Part shown: positions 9,836-19,395 of the stretch, one piece after another
How the letters are laid out: every line of letters begins with the position of its first letter
Position numbering within the stretch: the stretch's first letter is position 1
Origin: Alphaproteobacteria bacterium
GTDB taxonomy: Bacteria; Pseudomonadota; Alphaproteobacteria; GCA-2731375
Direction of reading: 5' to 3'
DNA: 64,000 nt
Assembly (NCBI GenBank): GCA_965232515.1
Contig: CBDDPY010000002.1
Span: forward strand, 7,008,001-7,072,000
Made by a program: the position numbers and the translations under genes
Notes under the pieces: generated by a model
The model's input: only the letters and a program-made list of their open reading frames with translations
The model's database searches: none
What the model was told of the DNA's origin: nothing

Positions 9836-10144
9836 ATGACCAAACACTTTCTTCGACTGAACCTCGTCTTGATCCTGATCTTCTATGCCGGCACGGCACA
9901 TGCGGCGGGCTCGGGCATGCCCTGGGAGGCGCCGCTACAGCAGATCCTCGACTCCATCGAAGGGCCGGTGGCGCGGATCGTTGCCGTGATCATCATCATC
10001 ATCACCGGTCTGACCCTCGCATTCGGAGGGACCGATGGCGGCTTTCGCCGTCTCGTGCAGATCGTGTTCGGGCTCTCCATCGCCTTCGCCGCGACGTCGT
10101 TCTTTCTGGCGTTCTTCTCGTTCGGCGGCGGCGCGGTGATTTGA
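9836..10144 (+). CDS. trbC: pilin TrbC/VirB2
   Basis: GSGMPWEAPLQQIL..IEGPVA motif, hydrophobic. Confidence 0.93.
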   Translation: MTKHFLRLNLVLILIFYAGTAHAAGSGMPWEAPLQQILDSIEGPVARIVAVIIIIITGLTLAFGGTDGGFRRLVQIVFGLSIAFAATSFFLAFFSFGGGAVI

Positions 10145-10157
10145 GGGTGACGGCGAT

Positions 10158-10424
10158 ATGATCCCACAGGCTCCAGAAGGCTACGCCATACCGCTTCACC
10201 GCTCGCTGACCGAGCCCATCCTGATGGCGGGCGCGCCGCGCGCAGTCACGATCCTCAACGGCACGATCGCCGCGGCACTCGGCCTCGGTCTCCAGCTCTG
10301 GCTCGCCGGCATCGTCTTTTGGTTTGTGGCGCACTCAGCCTGTGTCTATGCGGCCAAGAAGGACCCCAAGTTCATGGAGGTCCTTATCCGGCACATCCGC
10401 CACAAGCCATTCCTGGCGTCATGA
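10158..10424 (+). CDS. trbD: TrbD/VirB3
   Basis: LHRSLTEPILMAGAPR motif. Confidence 0.93.
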   Translation: MIPQAPEGYAIPLHRSLTEPILMAGAPRAVTILNGTIAAALGLGLQLWLAGIVFWFVAHSACVYAAKKDPKFMEVLIRHIRHKPFLAS

Positions 10425-10660
10425 GGCGCGCCATGGATCTGATACTCCGACTTCGTACTTTCTCAGCCCAACGCAAAGGCGCATTCGACGGCAACGAAGC
10501 TTCCGATATTGCCTGGGAGGCAGCCCGCGAAATCGAGCGGCTGCGCGAAGCAAACCAGATCATGCAAGAGACGCTCGAAGCCTACGGCATGGCTCAGGCG
10601 ATCAGTCGGCCGCAAACGGACAGAACTCGGTTCAGCGAACGGGAGGGAAGCCCATGCTGA
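10421..10660 (+). CDS. small hypothetical coiled-coil protein between trbD and trbE
   Basis: ATG overlaps the trbD stop (alternative ATG at 10433); stop lies just past the trbE start. Confidence 0.6.
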   Translation: MRRAMDLILRLRTFSAQRKGAFDGNEASDIAWEAAREIERLREANQIMQETLEAYGMAQAISRPQTDRTRFSEREGSPC

Positions 10661-13113
10661 ATCTGTCCGAGTACCGCACAAAACCCGCCATGCTCGCCGA
10701 CTACTTGCCCTGGGCAGCGTTGGCGGCGCCAGGTGTGGTTCTGAACAAGGATGGCAGTTTCCAGCGCACCATCATGTATCGGGGGCCGGACCTGGAATCC
10801 TCGACGCCCGAGGAGCTGGTCGCCATTTGCGCCCGCCTTAACAATGTCCTGCGGCGGTTTGGCTCCTACTGGGCGCTGTTCTTTGAAGCCGAACGCAAAC
10901 CTGCGCTCGATTATCCAAAAACCGAATGGCGCGACCCGGTGGCCTGGCTCGTGGACGAGGAACGCCGAGGCGCGTTCGAAGAAATCGGCTCGCATTTCGA
11001 GAGCGCCTATTACCTGACGCTGGTCTATCTGCCGCCGGCCGATACGACGGCACGCGCCGAAAAGCTGCTTCTCGAAACCCCGCCGGAAAACCGAAGTCTA
11101 TCCTACAAGGACTATCTCGATAGTTTCATCGTCGAGACAGACCGCGCCATCGACCTTCTAACGGCCGTCATGCCCGAGGTGCGCGCCCTCGACGACGGCG
11201 AAACGCTGACTTACCTGCACGCGACCATCTCACCCAAACGGCATCCCGTTCGCCCACCCGAAACACCTGTCTATCTCGACGCGGTCCTGACGGATTCAAG
11301 TCTTGTCGGAGGCCTCGACCCCACGCTTGGGGAGAACGCACTACGCACTCTGACGATCCAAGGCTATCCGAACATGACCGAGCCGGGACTGCTCGATGAT
11401 CTCAATCATCTCGGCTTCGAATATCGCTGGACCACGCGCTTTCTGCCGCTCGACAAACCCGAAGCCAACCGCGTTCTTTCCCGATACCGCCGCCAATGGT
11501 TCGCCAAGCGCAAGTCGATCGGAGCCATTCTCAAGGAGATTCTGTTCAATCAGGAAAGCGTCCTTGTCGACACCGACGCCGACAATAAGACGGCGGACGC
11601 CGACGAGGCGTTGCAAGAGCTGGGTTCGGACGACGTCTCCTACGGCTACGTGACGACTACCGTCACGGTCATGGACCGCGACCCACGCATCGCGGACGAA
11701 AGAGCCCGCGCCGTCGAACGGGTCATCAATGGCCGCGGCTTCGCGACAATCCGCGAGTCGATCAACGCGGTTGACGCCTGGCTTGGAAGCTTGCCGGGCC
11801 ATTGCTACGCGAACGTTCGCCAGCCCTTAGTCCATACGCTGAACCTAGCGCATATGATCCCGATGTCGTCGGTGTGGGCGGGGCCGGAACGCAACGAACA
11901 TTTGGACGGACCGCCGTTGCTCTACGCGACGACGCAAGGCTACACGCCGTTCCGTCTTGTGCCTCACATGGGCGACGTCGGCCACACCCTCATTGTCGGA
12001 CCGACGGGCGCTGGCAAGTCAGTGCTTCTGTCGTTAATGGCGCTGCAATTCCGCCGTTACCCGGAGGCACAAGTTTACATTTTCGACAAGGGCGGCTCGG
12101 CGCGCTGCGCCGTCGCAGGACTTGGAGGAGATTTCTATGACCTCGGCGCGGATGCAAGCCTCGGGTTCCAGCCTCTAAAGACGATCGATCAGGCGCCCCA
12201 ACGGTCATGGGCGCTGGAATGGATCACAGCGCTCATTGCTCATGAACAGGTCACGATCACGCCGGAAGTGAAGGATGCGGTCTGGTCCGCCCTCAACAAT
12301 TTGGCGGCGGCCCCGCTCCAGGAGCGGACGCTCACCGGGCTCTCGGTGCTCATCCAGTCGAACTCTCTTCGACAGGCCCTCCAGCCTTACACCCTAGATG
12401 GCCCGTACGGACGGCTGTTGGACGCCGCGGAAGACCGGCTCAAGCTCGCCGACGTCCAGTGCTTCGAAATGGAAGAACTGATGCACGAAGAAGGCCTCGT
12501 TCTTCCTGTCCTCACCTATCTGTTTCACCGGCTGGAGGCGCGGTTCGACGGACGGCCGAGCGTGCTCGTCTTGGACGAGGCATGGGTGTTCCTCGACAAT
12601 CCGTTGTTCTCCGGCCGCATCCGGGAATGGCTGAAGACACTCCGTAAGCGGAACGTATCGGTGGTCTTCTCCACCCAGTCTCTGGCCGATATCGCGACCA
12701 GCGACATTGCCGCCGCCATTATCGAAAGCTGCCCAAGCCGTATCTTCCTGCCCAACGCAGCCGCCATCGAACCGCAATCTCGAACGATCTACGAAGCGTT
12801 CGGACTAAACGCGCGCCAAATCGAAATCATCGCGCACGCCACGCCCAAGCGCGACTACTACTTCCAGTCTCGCCAAGGCAACCGGCTGTTCGATCTGGGT
12901 CTAGGCCCCGTCGGGCTGGCCTTCTGCGGCGCCTCCTCAAAGCAGGATCAGACGCGCATCAGCCAGCTTCTCAAGGAACACGGCCCGCTGGAGTTTGCGC
13001 GTGCGCATCTGCGCGAGCGGGGGATCGATTGGGCGGCCGAACTAATAGCCGCCAATGCAGACGGCTACACCAAAGAAGGAGAAACGTCATGCGTCGCAAG
13101 ATCTACGCTTTAA
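10654..13113 (+). CDS. trbE: TrbE/VirB4 ATPase
   Basis: MLNLSEYR..LADYLPWA start, GPTGAGKS Walker A, LDEAW Walker B. Confidence 0.96.
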   Translation: MLNLSEYRTKPAMLADYLPWAALAAPGVVLNKDGSFQRTIMYRGPDLESSTPEELVAICARLNNVLRRFGSYWALFFEAERKPALDYPKTEWRDPVAWLVDEERRGAFEEIGSHFESAYYLTLVYLPPADTTARAEKLLLETPPENRSLSYKDYLDSFIVETDRAIDLLTAVMPEVRALDDGETLTYLHATISPKRHPVRPPETPVYLDAVLTDSSLVGGLDPTLGENALRTLTIQGYPNMTEPGLLDDLNHLGFEYRWTTRFLPLDKPEANRVLSRYRRQWFAKRKSIGAILKEILFNQESVLVDTDADNKTADADEALQELGSDDVSYGYVTTTVTVMDRDPRIADERARAVERVINGRGFATIRESINAVDAWLGSLPGHCYANVRQPLVHTLNLAHMIPMSSVWAGPERNEHLDGPPLLYATTQGYTPFRLVPHMGDVGHTLIVGPTGAGKSVLLSLMALQFRRYPEAQVYIFDKGGSARCAVAGLGGDFYDLGADASLGFQPLKTIDQAPQRSWALEWITALIAHEQVTITPEVKDAVWSALNNLAAAPLQERTLTGLSVLIQSNSLRQALQPYTLDGPYGRLLDAAEDRLKLADVQCFEMEELMHEEGLVLPVLTYLFHRLEARFDGRPSVLVLDEAWVFLDNPLFSGRIREWLKTLRKRNVSVVFSTQSLADIATSDIAAAIIESCPSRIFLPNAAAIEPQSRTIYEAFGLNARQIEIIAHATPKRDYYFQSRQGNRLFDLGLGPVGLAFCGASSKQDQTRISQLLKEHGPLEFARAHLRERGIDWAAELIAANADGYTKEGETSCVARSTL

Positions 13114-13808
13114 CGCTATCGCTATTTGTCGCCCTCGCGCCGCTGCGCCCAGCCTACGCCATCTTCGGCTTCGGCGACATCGTGTTCGACCCGTCGAACT
13201 ACGCGCAGAACCTGCTGACGGCGGCGCGGACCTTGCAGCAGATCAACAACCAGATCCGCCAGCTTCAGAATGAAGCCCAGATGCTGATCAACCAGGCGAA
13301 CAATCTCGCCAATCTCCCTTATTCGGCGTCGGCGCAGATTCAGGCACGGCTTTACCAAATCCAAACACTGATCCGAAGCGCCGAGGGCATAGCCTTCACG
13401 ATCGCCCAGACCGAAGCGGCGTTCGCCGCCTACTACCCGGAGAACTACGAGACGTTCAGCAATCTTGAGATGGTCACGCATGCGCGGGTGCGCTGGGAGC
13501 AAACCCGTCATGCTCTTCATGACGCGCTGGTCATGCATGCCCAGATCGCGAACGTGGTCGAGGCGGACACCGCGACGCTAGGCACCCTGATGAGCGAAAG
13601 CCAGAGCGCGGTCGGCAATCTCCAAGTGACCCAGGCGGGCAACCAGCTCGTCGCCCTCAATGTCAAGCAGGGTCTTCAGACCCAGCAGCTCTTGGCTGCC
13701 CAGTACCGGGCCGAAGCGATCGACCGCGCCCGCACCGTCGCGATCGAGGAACAGGCGCGAGTCTACACAGCGCGTTTTCTGGGAGACGGCAACGCCTATT
13801 CGCGATGA
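13089..13808 (+). CDS. trbJ: TrbJ/VirB5
   Basis: Signal peptide; VFDPSNYAQNLLTAARTLQQINNQI motif. Confidence 0.94.
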   Translation: MRRKIYALTLSLFVALAPLRPAYAIFGFGDIVFDPSNYAQNLLTAARTLQQINNQIRQLQNEAQMLINQANNLANLPYSASAQIQARLYQIQTLIRSAEGIAFTIAQTEAAFAAYYPENYETFSNLEMVTHARVRWEQTRHALHDALVMHAQIANVVEADTATLGTLMSESQSAVGNLQVTQAGNQLVALNVKQGLQTQQLLAAQYRAEAIDRARTVAIEEQARVYTARFLGDGNAYSR

Positions 13809-13837
13809 ACGCAGCAGGAAGATAGGAGGAAGAACCC

Positions 13838-15175
13838 GTGAACGACCTGAACGTCATCGATAGTTTTGTTGCGACGTTCACGTCCTACATCGACAGCGGC
13901 TTCGGCCTGCTGGGACCCGATGTCGCGTTCCTGACCGCCATACTCATCGGGATCGATATCACGCTGGCCGGTTTGTTCTGGGCGCTCAACCGCGAAGACA
14001 ACGTCCTCGGCCAGTTCCTCAAGAAGGTGCTCTATGTGGGCGCCTTCGCCTTCATCCTGAACAACTTCTCGCTGCTCGCCAACATCATCTTCAACAGCTT
14101 CGCCCAATTGGGCCTCAACGCCACGGGCAGCACTATCACCGCCGCCGACTTGCTGCGCCCCGGCTTCGTCGCCGACACGGGCTGGACAGCTTCTTATCCT
14201 TTGCTCACCGAGATTCAGAGCCTTCTGGGGCCGATCGCCTTCTTTCACAACTTCCTGACCATTGCGGTCCTGTTGCTCGCGTGGCTCATTACGCTGCTGG
14301 CGTTTTTCATTCTCGCGATCCAGCTCTTCATTACGATCATAGAGTTCAAGCTCACCACGTTGGCGGGCTTCGTGCTTGTACCTTTCGCGCTCTGGGCAAA
14401 AACATCGTTCCTCGCCGAACGGGTTCTCGGCAATGTCATCTCTTCGGGCATCAAGCTCATGGTGCTCGCCGTCATCGTCGGCATTGGGTCGACCATTTTC
14501 GGAACCATCACGGCGACTTTTACGCCCGGAGCCGTGACCCTGGAACAGGCCGCCGCGGTCATCCTGGCATCGCTTGCTCTACTAGGGCTCGGCGTCTTCG
14601 GTCCCGGTATCGCGGCCGGCCTCGTCTCCGGTGCGCCGCAGCTTGGCGCCGGCGCCGCCATTGGAACAGCCGCCGGCGTTGGCGCGGGCGTCGTTGCCGG
14701 AGGCGCGCTCGCAGGCGCCGGAGGACGCGCGCTTATCTCCGGCGGCCAGGGTGCGGTGCGGGCCGGCGCGGCTCTTACGGGTGGCGCGCAAACGTCATAC
14801 GCACTCGGCCAAGCCGCCTCTGGCGCCAGCGGCGTGCGCGGCGCGGCCGCTGGCGTCGCCGGTGTCGCGCGGGCCGGCGCAGCCTCCGTCGGACAAGGAG
14901 TTCGTCAGTTTGCGGATCGTGCCCTCGGACGCCCCGGGGAAGCGTATGCGAGCGGCGCGCAAAGCGCATTTACAGCGACTGGTGGCCGGGCACCGGCATC
15001 GGCGGCCGGTGGCCCAGCCACAACGGCCGCTGCGGGCGGCGCGCCGCAATGGGCGCAACGTCTGCGTAGAGAGCAATTCGTGCGCGACGCCGGACTCGCG
15101 GGAGCCCAAGCCGTTCGCGAAGGGGACCGCCCCGTTGCGGGGGAGAGTCCGCGGCTTACGAGAGACGATGAGTGA
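13838..15175 (+). CDS. trbL: TrbL/VirB6
   Basis: YIDSGFGLL and EFKLTTLAGFVLVPF motifs; Gly/Ala-rich tail. Confidence 0.95.
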   Translation: MNDLNVIDSFVATFTSYIDSGFGLLGPDVAFLTAILIGIDITLAGLFWALNREDNVLGQFLKKVLYVGAFAFILNNFSLLANIIFNSFAQLGLNATGSTITAADLLRPGFVADTGWTASYPLLTEIQSLLGPIAFFHNFLTIAVLLLAWLITLLAFFILAIQLFITIIEFKLTTLAGFVLVPFALWAKTSFLAERVLGNVISSGIKLMVLAVIVGIGSTIFGTITATFTPGAVTLEQAAAVILASLALLGLGVFGPGIAAGLVSGAPQLGAGAAIGTAAGVGAGVVAGGALAGAGGRALISGGQGAVRAGAALTGGAQTSYALGQAASGASGVRGAAAGVAGVARAGAASVGQGVRQFADRALGRPGEAYASGAQSAFTATGGRAPASAAGGPATTAAAGGAPQWAQRLRREQFVRDAGLAGAQAVREGDRPVAGESPRLTRDDE

Positions 15176-15873
15176 GGCTGATGTTCAAACGCCAAACAGA
15201 TAAATATGGAGCTACGGACGCGCCGACGACGCCGTACCAGCGGGCAGCGCAGGCATGGGACGACCGCATGGGATCGGCGCGGGTCCAGGCGCACAATTGG
15301 CGCCTTGCCGCCTTTGGATCGCTGGCGCTGGCTCTTGTCCTGGCCGGCGGTCTGATTTGGCAATCGGCGCGGAGCATTATCACGCCCTACGTCGTCGAGG
15401 TGGATAGTCAGGGCGCCGTGCGTGCCGTCGGCCCGGCCCTGCAGAACTATGAGCCGACTGATGCGCAGATCGCTTTTCACTTGGCGAACTTCATCCGCAA
15501 CGTCCGATCCATTTCGATAGATCCGATCATCGTGCGCCAGAATTGGCTTGAGGCTTACGACTACACGACTGACCGGGCGGCGCTTACCCTTAATGACTAC
15601 GCACGCGAGAACGACCCTTTCGCGCAGATCGGTCGACGCAGCGTCGCCGTTGAGATCACCAGCGTCGTGCGCTCTTCCGATGACTCGTTCGATGTTCGCT
15701 GGCGGGAAAACACCTATCGGAACGGTCAGCCCGCCGGTGCGGAAACCTACACCGCCGTATTGAGCATCGTACTCGAAACGCCCGACACGGCTGAACTCAT
15801 CCACAAAAACCCATTGGGCGTCTACGTACATGGCATCAATTGGTCGAAGGACCTCACGGCAGGAGGCCAGTAA
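15172..15873 (+). CDS. trbF: TrbF/VirB8
   Basis: TPYQRAAQAWDDRMGSARVQA and NPLGVYV motifs. Confidence 0.95.
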   Translation: MRLMFKRQTDKYGATDAPTTPYQRAAQAWDDRMGSARVQAHNWRLAAFGSLALALVLAGGLIWQSARSIITPYVVEVDSQGAVRAVGPALQNYEPTDAQIAFHLANFIRNVRSISIDPIIVRQNWLEAYDYTTDRAALTLNDYARENDPFAQIGRRSVAVEITSVVRSSDDSFDVRWRENTYRNGQPAGAETYTAVLSIVLETPDTAELIHKNPLGVYVHGINWSKDLTAGGQ

Positions 15874-16856
15874 TGAAACCGTATGTATACCCCTTTATTG
15901 TTTTGGCTCTTGCCGCCTGTTCGCACAACAGGACACCGGACATCGTGCTCGACGGTGAGGAATTCGGGCCCGCCGTGCTTCAGGCGGAAACGCCCGATCC
16001 GGTGGAGATCGTCGAGAACTTCCGGCCCTATCCTTTGCCGGGACAGCTCAAGGTGAACCCAGCCGCCTCTGGGGAGACGGTGACTCCCCTGAAGCCACAT
16101 GAGCACATCGACCGGGCGAATGACGCCGCCGCCATTGAGCCCGACCTCGAGAACTATGTGAACGCGATCCAGATTTACCCCTACATGCCCGGTGCGCTCT
16201 ACCAGCTTTACGCCGCGCCCGAACAGGTAACCGACGTTGCTTTGCAGCCGGGTGAAGAGCTCTTGTCCGTCTCCGCCGGAGACACGGTCCGTTGGGTGGT
16301 TGGGGACACGCAAAGCGGCGCCGGTGGCAATGAGCGGGCGCACATCCTCGTCAAGCCGATCGCGCCCAACCTCACCACCAATCTCGTCATTACGACGGAT
16401 CGACGCGCCTACCATCTGGAGATGCGCAGCTTCAACGAGACCTACATGGCGGCGATTTCCTGGCGCTATCCCCACGACGAACTCACCACACGCCGCGCGG
16501 AAAACGAGCAAGCTAGACGCACCCGAGAGAGAACTGTCGAAAGCGGGTTGTCCGTAGACCGGCTTAAGTTCCGCTACGAGGTTTCGGGTGATAGGCCCCA
16601 TTGGCGCCCGCTTCGCGCCTTTGACGATGGACGCAAGGTTTACATTCAGTTTCCGTCGCGCATCGCTCAGGGCGAGGCGCCGCCGCTCTTTATCCTCGGC
16701 GCAGACGGCGAAACCGAGCTCGTCAATTATCGGGTCCGGGGGTCCTATTACATCGTCGACCGCCTCTTTGCGATCGCCGAACTACGGTTGGGCGAGGAGC
16801 CACAACAGATCGTCCGTATCTCACGGATCGATCTCAATGTGTTGAGAGGGTCGTAG
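15873..16856 (+). CDS. trbG: TrbG/VirB9
   Basis: LAAC lipobox; AGDTVRW, FDDGRKVYI and VNYRV motifs. Confidence 0.94.
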   Translation: MKPYVYPFIVLALAACSHNRTPDIVLDGEEFGPAVLQAETPDPVEIVENFRPYPLPGQLKVNPAASGETVTPLKPHEHIDRANDAAAIEPDLENYVNAIQIYPYMPGALYQLYAAPEQVTDVALQPGEELLSVSAGDTVRWVVGDTQSGAGGNERAHILVKPIAPNLTTNLVITTDRRAYHLEMRSFNETYMAAISWRYPHDELTTRRAENEQARRTRERTVESGLSVDRLKFRYEVSGDRPHWRPLRAFDDGRKVYIQFPSRIAQGEAPPLFILGADGETELVNYRVRGSYYIVDRLFAIAELRLGEEPQQIVRISRIDLNVLRGS

Positions 16857-16859
16857 GCG

Positions 16860-18104
16860 ATGACGAGCCCGGCCGCACAAGCCGATGCCCCGGAGGCGAT
16901 CTCGCTGCGAGCCCGGCCGAGGCCCGTCACACGCCTGAACCGCACCGCGCTCATAGTCATCCTGGGCGGGGTTATGATCGTCATCTTCGGCGCTTTGCTG
17001 ATCGCGCTTCAACCACCGTCGATCACGGGAGACGGCGAGCGGACCGAACTCTACAACACGCGCAACAAGCCCCATGCGGAGGGGCTCGCCGCTCTGCCTC
17101 AAAGTTATGAAGGCATGCAGTCCACCCTCGGCCCACCCATGCCGGGCGATTTGGGCGCCGCGATCTTGCGCGCCCAGAACGAGTTGGGCGTTCAACCGGC
17201 GCCGCCGGCCTTGCCGTCGGAGACGCCGTTCCGCCCCAGCGCTGAGGACGAAGCCGCCCGAAATGAAGCGCTGCGCCAGGCGAAGATGGCCGTTGAAGCT
17301 CGCGAAAGTCAGGTGTTCTTCAAATTGAACAATCGGCCTGCTACGGGAGCGCGCACCGCAGCGGAAGGAACGATGCCGACGGCGGCCGGTCCAGCGACGA
17401 TCGATCTCGTCACGCGCGATGAAACCGCACTCGGACCCACGCTCGCTGAGGATCCCAATCGGCAAGCGCGCAAGCTTTCTTTCCTTGACGAAACCGTAGA
17501 CGCGGACATCTACAATCCGCACGCCCTTCAAGACCCGGTGTCGCCTTATCAAGTTCTCGCGGGAACGATCATTCCGGCGAGCCTTATGACCGGCATCAAC
17601 TCCGATTTGCCGGGCCAGGTGATCGCGCAGGTAACCCAGCCGGTCTACGACACGGTGACGGGGCAGCATATGTTGATCCCGCAGGGCTCCCGCGTCATCG
17701 GCAGATATGACAGCGTCGTCGCGTTCGGCCAATCCCGGGCGCTTGTCGTTTGGGACCGGATCATCATGCCGGACGGCTCATCGATCGTGATCGAGAACCT
17801 TCCGGCTACGGATACACGCGGCTATGCCGGCCTCGAGGACGAGGTCGACTTCCATACTTGGCGCCTGCTGAAAGGAATCGTCTTATCGACCCTGCTGGGC
17901 GTCAGCACGGAACTGACCTTCGATGAAGCCGAGAGCGAGATCGTCGCGGCGCTCCGAGAGTCGGCGCAAAGCTCGGCAAACCAAGCCGGCCAGCGCATCG
18001 TCAACCGCGCGCTCAACATCCAGCCCACGATCACCGTAAGGCCCGGCTGGCCGCTCCGGATCATCGTCAACAAGGATCTGGTCCTTCGACCCTATCAAGG
18101 ATGA
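16860..18104 (+). CDS. trbI: TrbI/VirB10
   Basis: AGTIIPASLMTGINSDLPG and IQPTITVRPG motifs. Confidence 0.95.
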   Translation: MTSPAAQADAPEAISLRARPRPVTRLNRTALIVILGGVMIVIFGALLIALQPPSITGDGERTELYNTRNKPHAEGLAALPQSYEGMQSTLGPPMPGDLGAAILRAQNELGVQPAPPALPSETPFRPSAEDEAARNEALRQAKMAVEARESQVFFKLNNRPATGARTAAEGTMPTAAGPATIDLVTRDETALGPTLAEDPNRQARKLSFLDETVDADIYNPHALQDPVSPYQVLAGTIIPASLMTGINSDLPGQVIAQVTQPVYDTVTGQHMLIPQGSRVIGRYDSVVAFGQSRALVVWDRIIMPDGSSIVIENLPATDTRGYAGLEDEVDFHTWRLLKGIVLSTLLGVSTELTFDEAESEIVAALRESAQSSANQAGQRIVNRALNIQPTITVRPGWPLRIIVNKDLVLRPYQG

Positions 18105-18391
18105 CGTCTATGAGCTCACACAATGTAAAGCTGGACCGGCTGCCCGACCGCACGCCTGTGAAACTCAATGTCACGGTCTCCCCGGAGCTGCATCGGGATC
18201 TGCAAGATTACGCACGCGCCTACGCCCACACCCACGGCGAGGATGAGAGCATACCCGCATTGATTCCATACATGCTCGAAGCCTTCATGGGCGCGGACGC
18301 CGGTTTCAAGCGCCTTCAGAAAAAATGGCTCAATGGCGAGGCGTCCCCGCCCGCGAGCCGTTCCCGATCATCAGCGGACGCAAATGCATAG
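18101..18391 (+). CDS. DUF2274 protein
   Basis: KLDRLPDRTPVKL..LIPYMLEAF..D motif after trbI. Confidence 0.88.
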   Translation: MTSMSSHNVKLDRLPDRTPVKLNVTVSPELHRDLQDYARAYAHTHGEDESIPALIPYMLEAFMGADAGFKRLQKKWLNGEASPPASRSRSSADANA

Positions 18392-18400
18392 GAGAGAGCC

Positions 18401-18718
18401 ATGGCTCGTATAGGAAAGTTCAAGCCCGCCAAGGATGGCTATGAAGGAGCCATCCGGACACTGACCATGAACACGAAGGCCCGCATTGTCGCGGTCGACG
18501 AGAAGCCCAATGACAACGCGCCGGACTTTCGAGTCTTCGGGGGAGATGCCGAACTGGGAGCGGCCTGGAAAGCACGCTCGAACGGTGATGACGCAATCGA
18601 TTATCTGCGCGTCACGCTGGACGATCCGAGCTTTGTTGAACCTGTTTATGCGGCGCTGTTCGAGAAGGATGGGTCCGCCGATCTGGTCTGGAACCGTAAG
18701 AAAAACGGCGCCGCTTGA
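18401..18718 (+). CDS. DUF736 protein
   Basis: IGKF..GAIRTL, APDFRV, ELGAAW, LDDPSF and LVWNR motifs. Confidence 0.9.
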   Translation: MARIGKFKPAKDGYEGAIRTLTMNTKARIVAVDEKPNDNAPDFRVFGGDAELGAAWKARSNGDDAIDYLRVTLDDPSFVEPVYAALFEKDGSADLVWNRKKNGAA

Positions 18719-18753
18719 CGACGGTCGGTGAGGGCCTGTCACCGTCTGGAGGT

Positions 18754-19395
18754 TCAGTTTCGAGCGGCTTCCGCAATGGCGGCCCGGGAGTCTTTCACCG
18801 CCGTTGGATGCTTCAGAGTGAGCATGCCAAGGGCGGCCGGGCCGAAACCGGCCGGAGGCTCAGTATCGAATTCGAGATAAGGTTCGGTCCGGAGGTATCT
18901 GGCGCGTGTATCGCCCCAAACCAAAAGGCTGCCTTGTTCTTCATCCGGCGCACCGTATTTGTCGAGAACCTCTGCTTGGAAGTCCGCGGCAGTCTTGCCG
19001 GCAAGAAGTCTATAGGTAACCGTGGCGACCTTTGCGCCATCAGGAGACTGAGCGTAAATGACCTCGACGGTCTCCTGTTCATTGGAAAAAGAGAGGCGTT
19101 GCACGCTTTCGAAGTCCGTGAACTGAATGGCCTTCCCGCGCGCGATGGCAACGGCCTGATCGAAAGACGGTGCGGCATTGCGTGCTGTTTCGGCGAGCAA
19201 CCGCGTTGAAGCGATGGCGGCCACTTCCTCGATCGACATGCCGAGCTCTATGCTGATTACATCGAGAACGTTTGTGTCCGCCGCACGTGACGGAACGCTG
19301 ACAACGATGAACATGACGGTGACAGCCAGTATGAGAGGTATGCGCCGCGCAAGCACAACAAGACTTACGCAATTAAAACACCCATGACCGATCAT
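18754..19395 (-). CDS. putative exported protein
   Basis: Signal-peptide-like N-terminus ending SRA|AD; ELGMS and KYGAPD motifs; ATG overlaps the lmuB stop. Confidence 0.65.
   Translation of the reverse strand: MIGHGCFNCVSLVVLARRIPLILAVTVMFIVVSVPSRAADTNVLDVISIELGMSIEEVAAIASTRLLAETARNAAPSFDQAVAIARGKAIQFTDFESVQRLSFSNEQETVEVIYAQSPDGAKVATVTYRLLAGKTAADFQAEVLDKYGAPDEEQGSLLVWGDTRARYLRTEPYLEFDTEPPAGFGPAALGMLTLKHPTAVKDSRAAIAEAARN

Noticed and set aside
10324-10653. 110-aa N-terminal extension of TrbE
   Set aside because: The canonical MLNLSEYR start with an RBS is at 10654; the extension overlaps trbD.
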